Shown: in pieces, positions 63,226-64,000 of the stretch
Layout of the letters: each line of letters begins with the position of its first letter
Numbering within the stretch: the first letter of the stretch is position 1
Program-made: the position numbers and the translations under genes
Source of the DNA: Paramecium tetraurelia
Lineage: Eukaryota
Direction of reading: 5' to 3'
DNA length: 64,000 nucleotides
Assembly (NCBI GenBank): GCA_000165425.1
Contig: CT868026.1
Location: forward strand, 1 to 64,000
Notes under the pieces: model-generated
Told to the model about the DNA's origin: nothing
What the model saw: only the letters and a program-made list of their open reading frames with translations
The model's database searches: none

Positions 63226-64000
63226 TTTCAATATTTTATATATATATATATAAATTATAAATGGATCTCTATTTGCAGAATCTTTGTTGACACCTTCAAT
63301 ATTATAACATACCTAATTGAAATGACAAATTCACTCTTAAATTAAAAACCTAAGCTAAAGTAGTTACCGTAACTTCTCATTATAACTGAATATCTAATAT
63401 GTAGAAACAATTTAGCCAGAAAAAGTTGTATATTCTCCTTAGGAAGATTAGCAATGTAAATAGCTATTTATGCTATTTAAATTGCTCCATATTAACTTTT
63501 TCTATTTTATAAATCATCATATTAATAAAATAGAAAAACTACATTGTTTATTCTTTAATTATAAATACGATTTAGATTAATTTGAAATAATCGTATTCTA
63601 TTTTTAGATCAAATTCAAAAATAATAAGCCATTCATCTCGATCAATAAATGATTTAATACTGATATTGATGATGTCCATTATAACTAACATTTTAATACT
63701 ATATCTTTAGTGTATTTGAGTTAATCTAATTTGTCCTTACATAGATCATATTGAAATCACTCCAATGATAAAATATATTGATTTGCTTTTTTGGTATTTA
63801 AGAATCATAGTTTATTACTTTATATTTTAGTAATTTTCTTTGAATTGAATATTTCAAAATAGCAAATTTCGATTATTAATTTAAGATTAGGAGAATTTCC
63901 AAATGTAAAGGGAATTTTAGGGATTAAAACAATTTCTATATTGTACAAATAAAGAGTGAAATTCGACATATGGATTCCTGATTTTATAGAATAAAATTAA

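Noticed and set aside
1..64000. Taking the supplied standard-code ORF track at face value
   Set aside because: Conserved proteins (PP2C, FAB1, RSPH9, Myb) read through TAA/TAG as Gln and contain tiny introns, so most listed ORFs are fragments or antisense shadows.

Overview
AT-rich, gene-dense eukaryotic DNA that reads as a Paramecium-type ciliate macronuclear chromosome segment. TAA/TAG are read as Gln, TGA is the only stop, introns are 22-30 nt GT..AG, and many intergenic gaps are under 60 bp. The supplied standard-code ORF track is therefore mostly fragments or wrong-frame artefacts, so I re-translated by hand with the ciliate code; exon boundaries are approximate. Recognisable genes: a giant SecA-like ATPase with a Gly/Ala-rich hydrophobic insert, a Cys-rich multipass surface protein, a run of genes sharing a B-box-like Cys/His knuckle + coiled coil + variable C-terminal domain (TLDc x2, WD40, SPRY-like), a type I membrane protein, PP2C, an Alba protein with an RDN repeat tail, a MORN protein, a divergent importin-alpha-like protein, RSPH9, a DENN protein, FAB1/PIKfyve, two dispersed 5S rRNA genes, two stand-alone ubiquitin-like proteins with a C-terminal Gly-Gly, a channel-like protein with no GYG filter, an HP1-like chromodomain protein, CFAP77-like, an MSI/RBBP4-like pseudogene, a three-repeat Myb, and three dispersed small HTH paralogues with a shared intron. 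The best candidates for an undescribed system are the SecA-like protein, the TRIM-like modular family and the two orphan Ubls. A 150-N scaffold gap with a false duplication sits inside the SecA-like gene.
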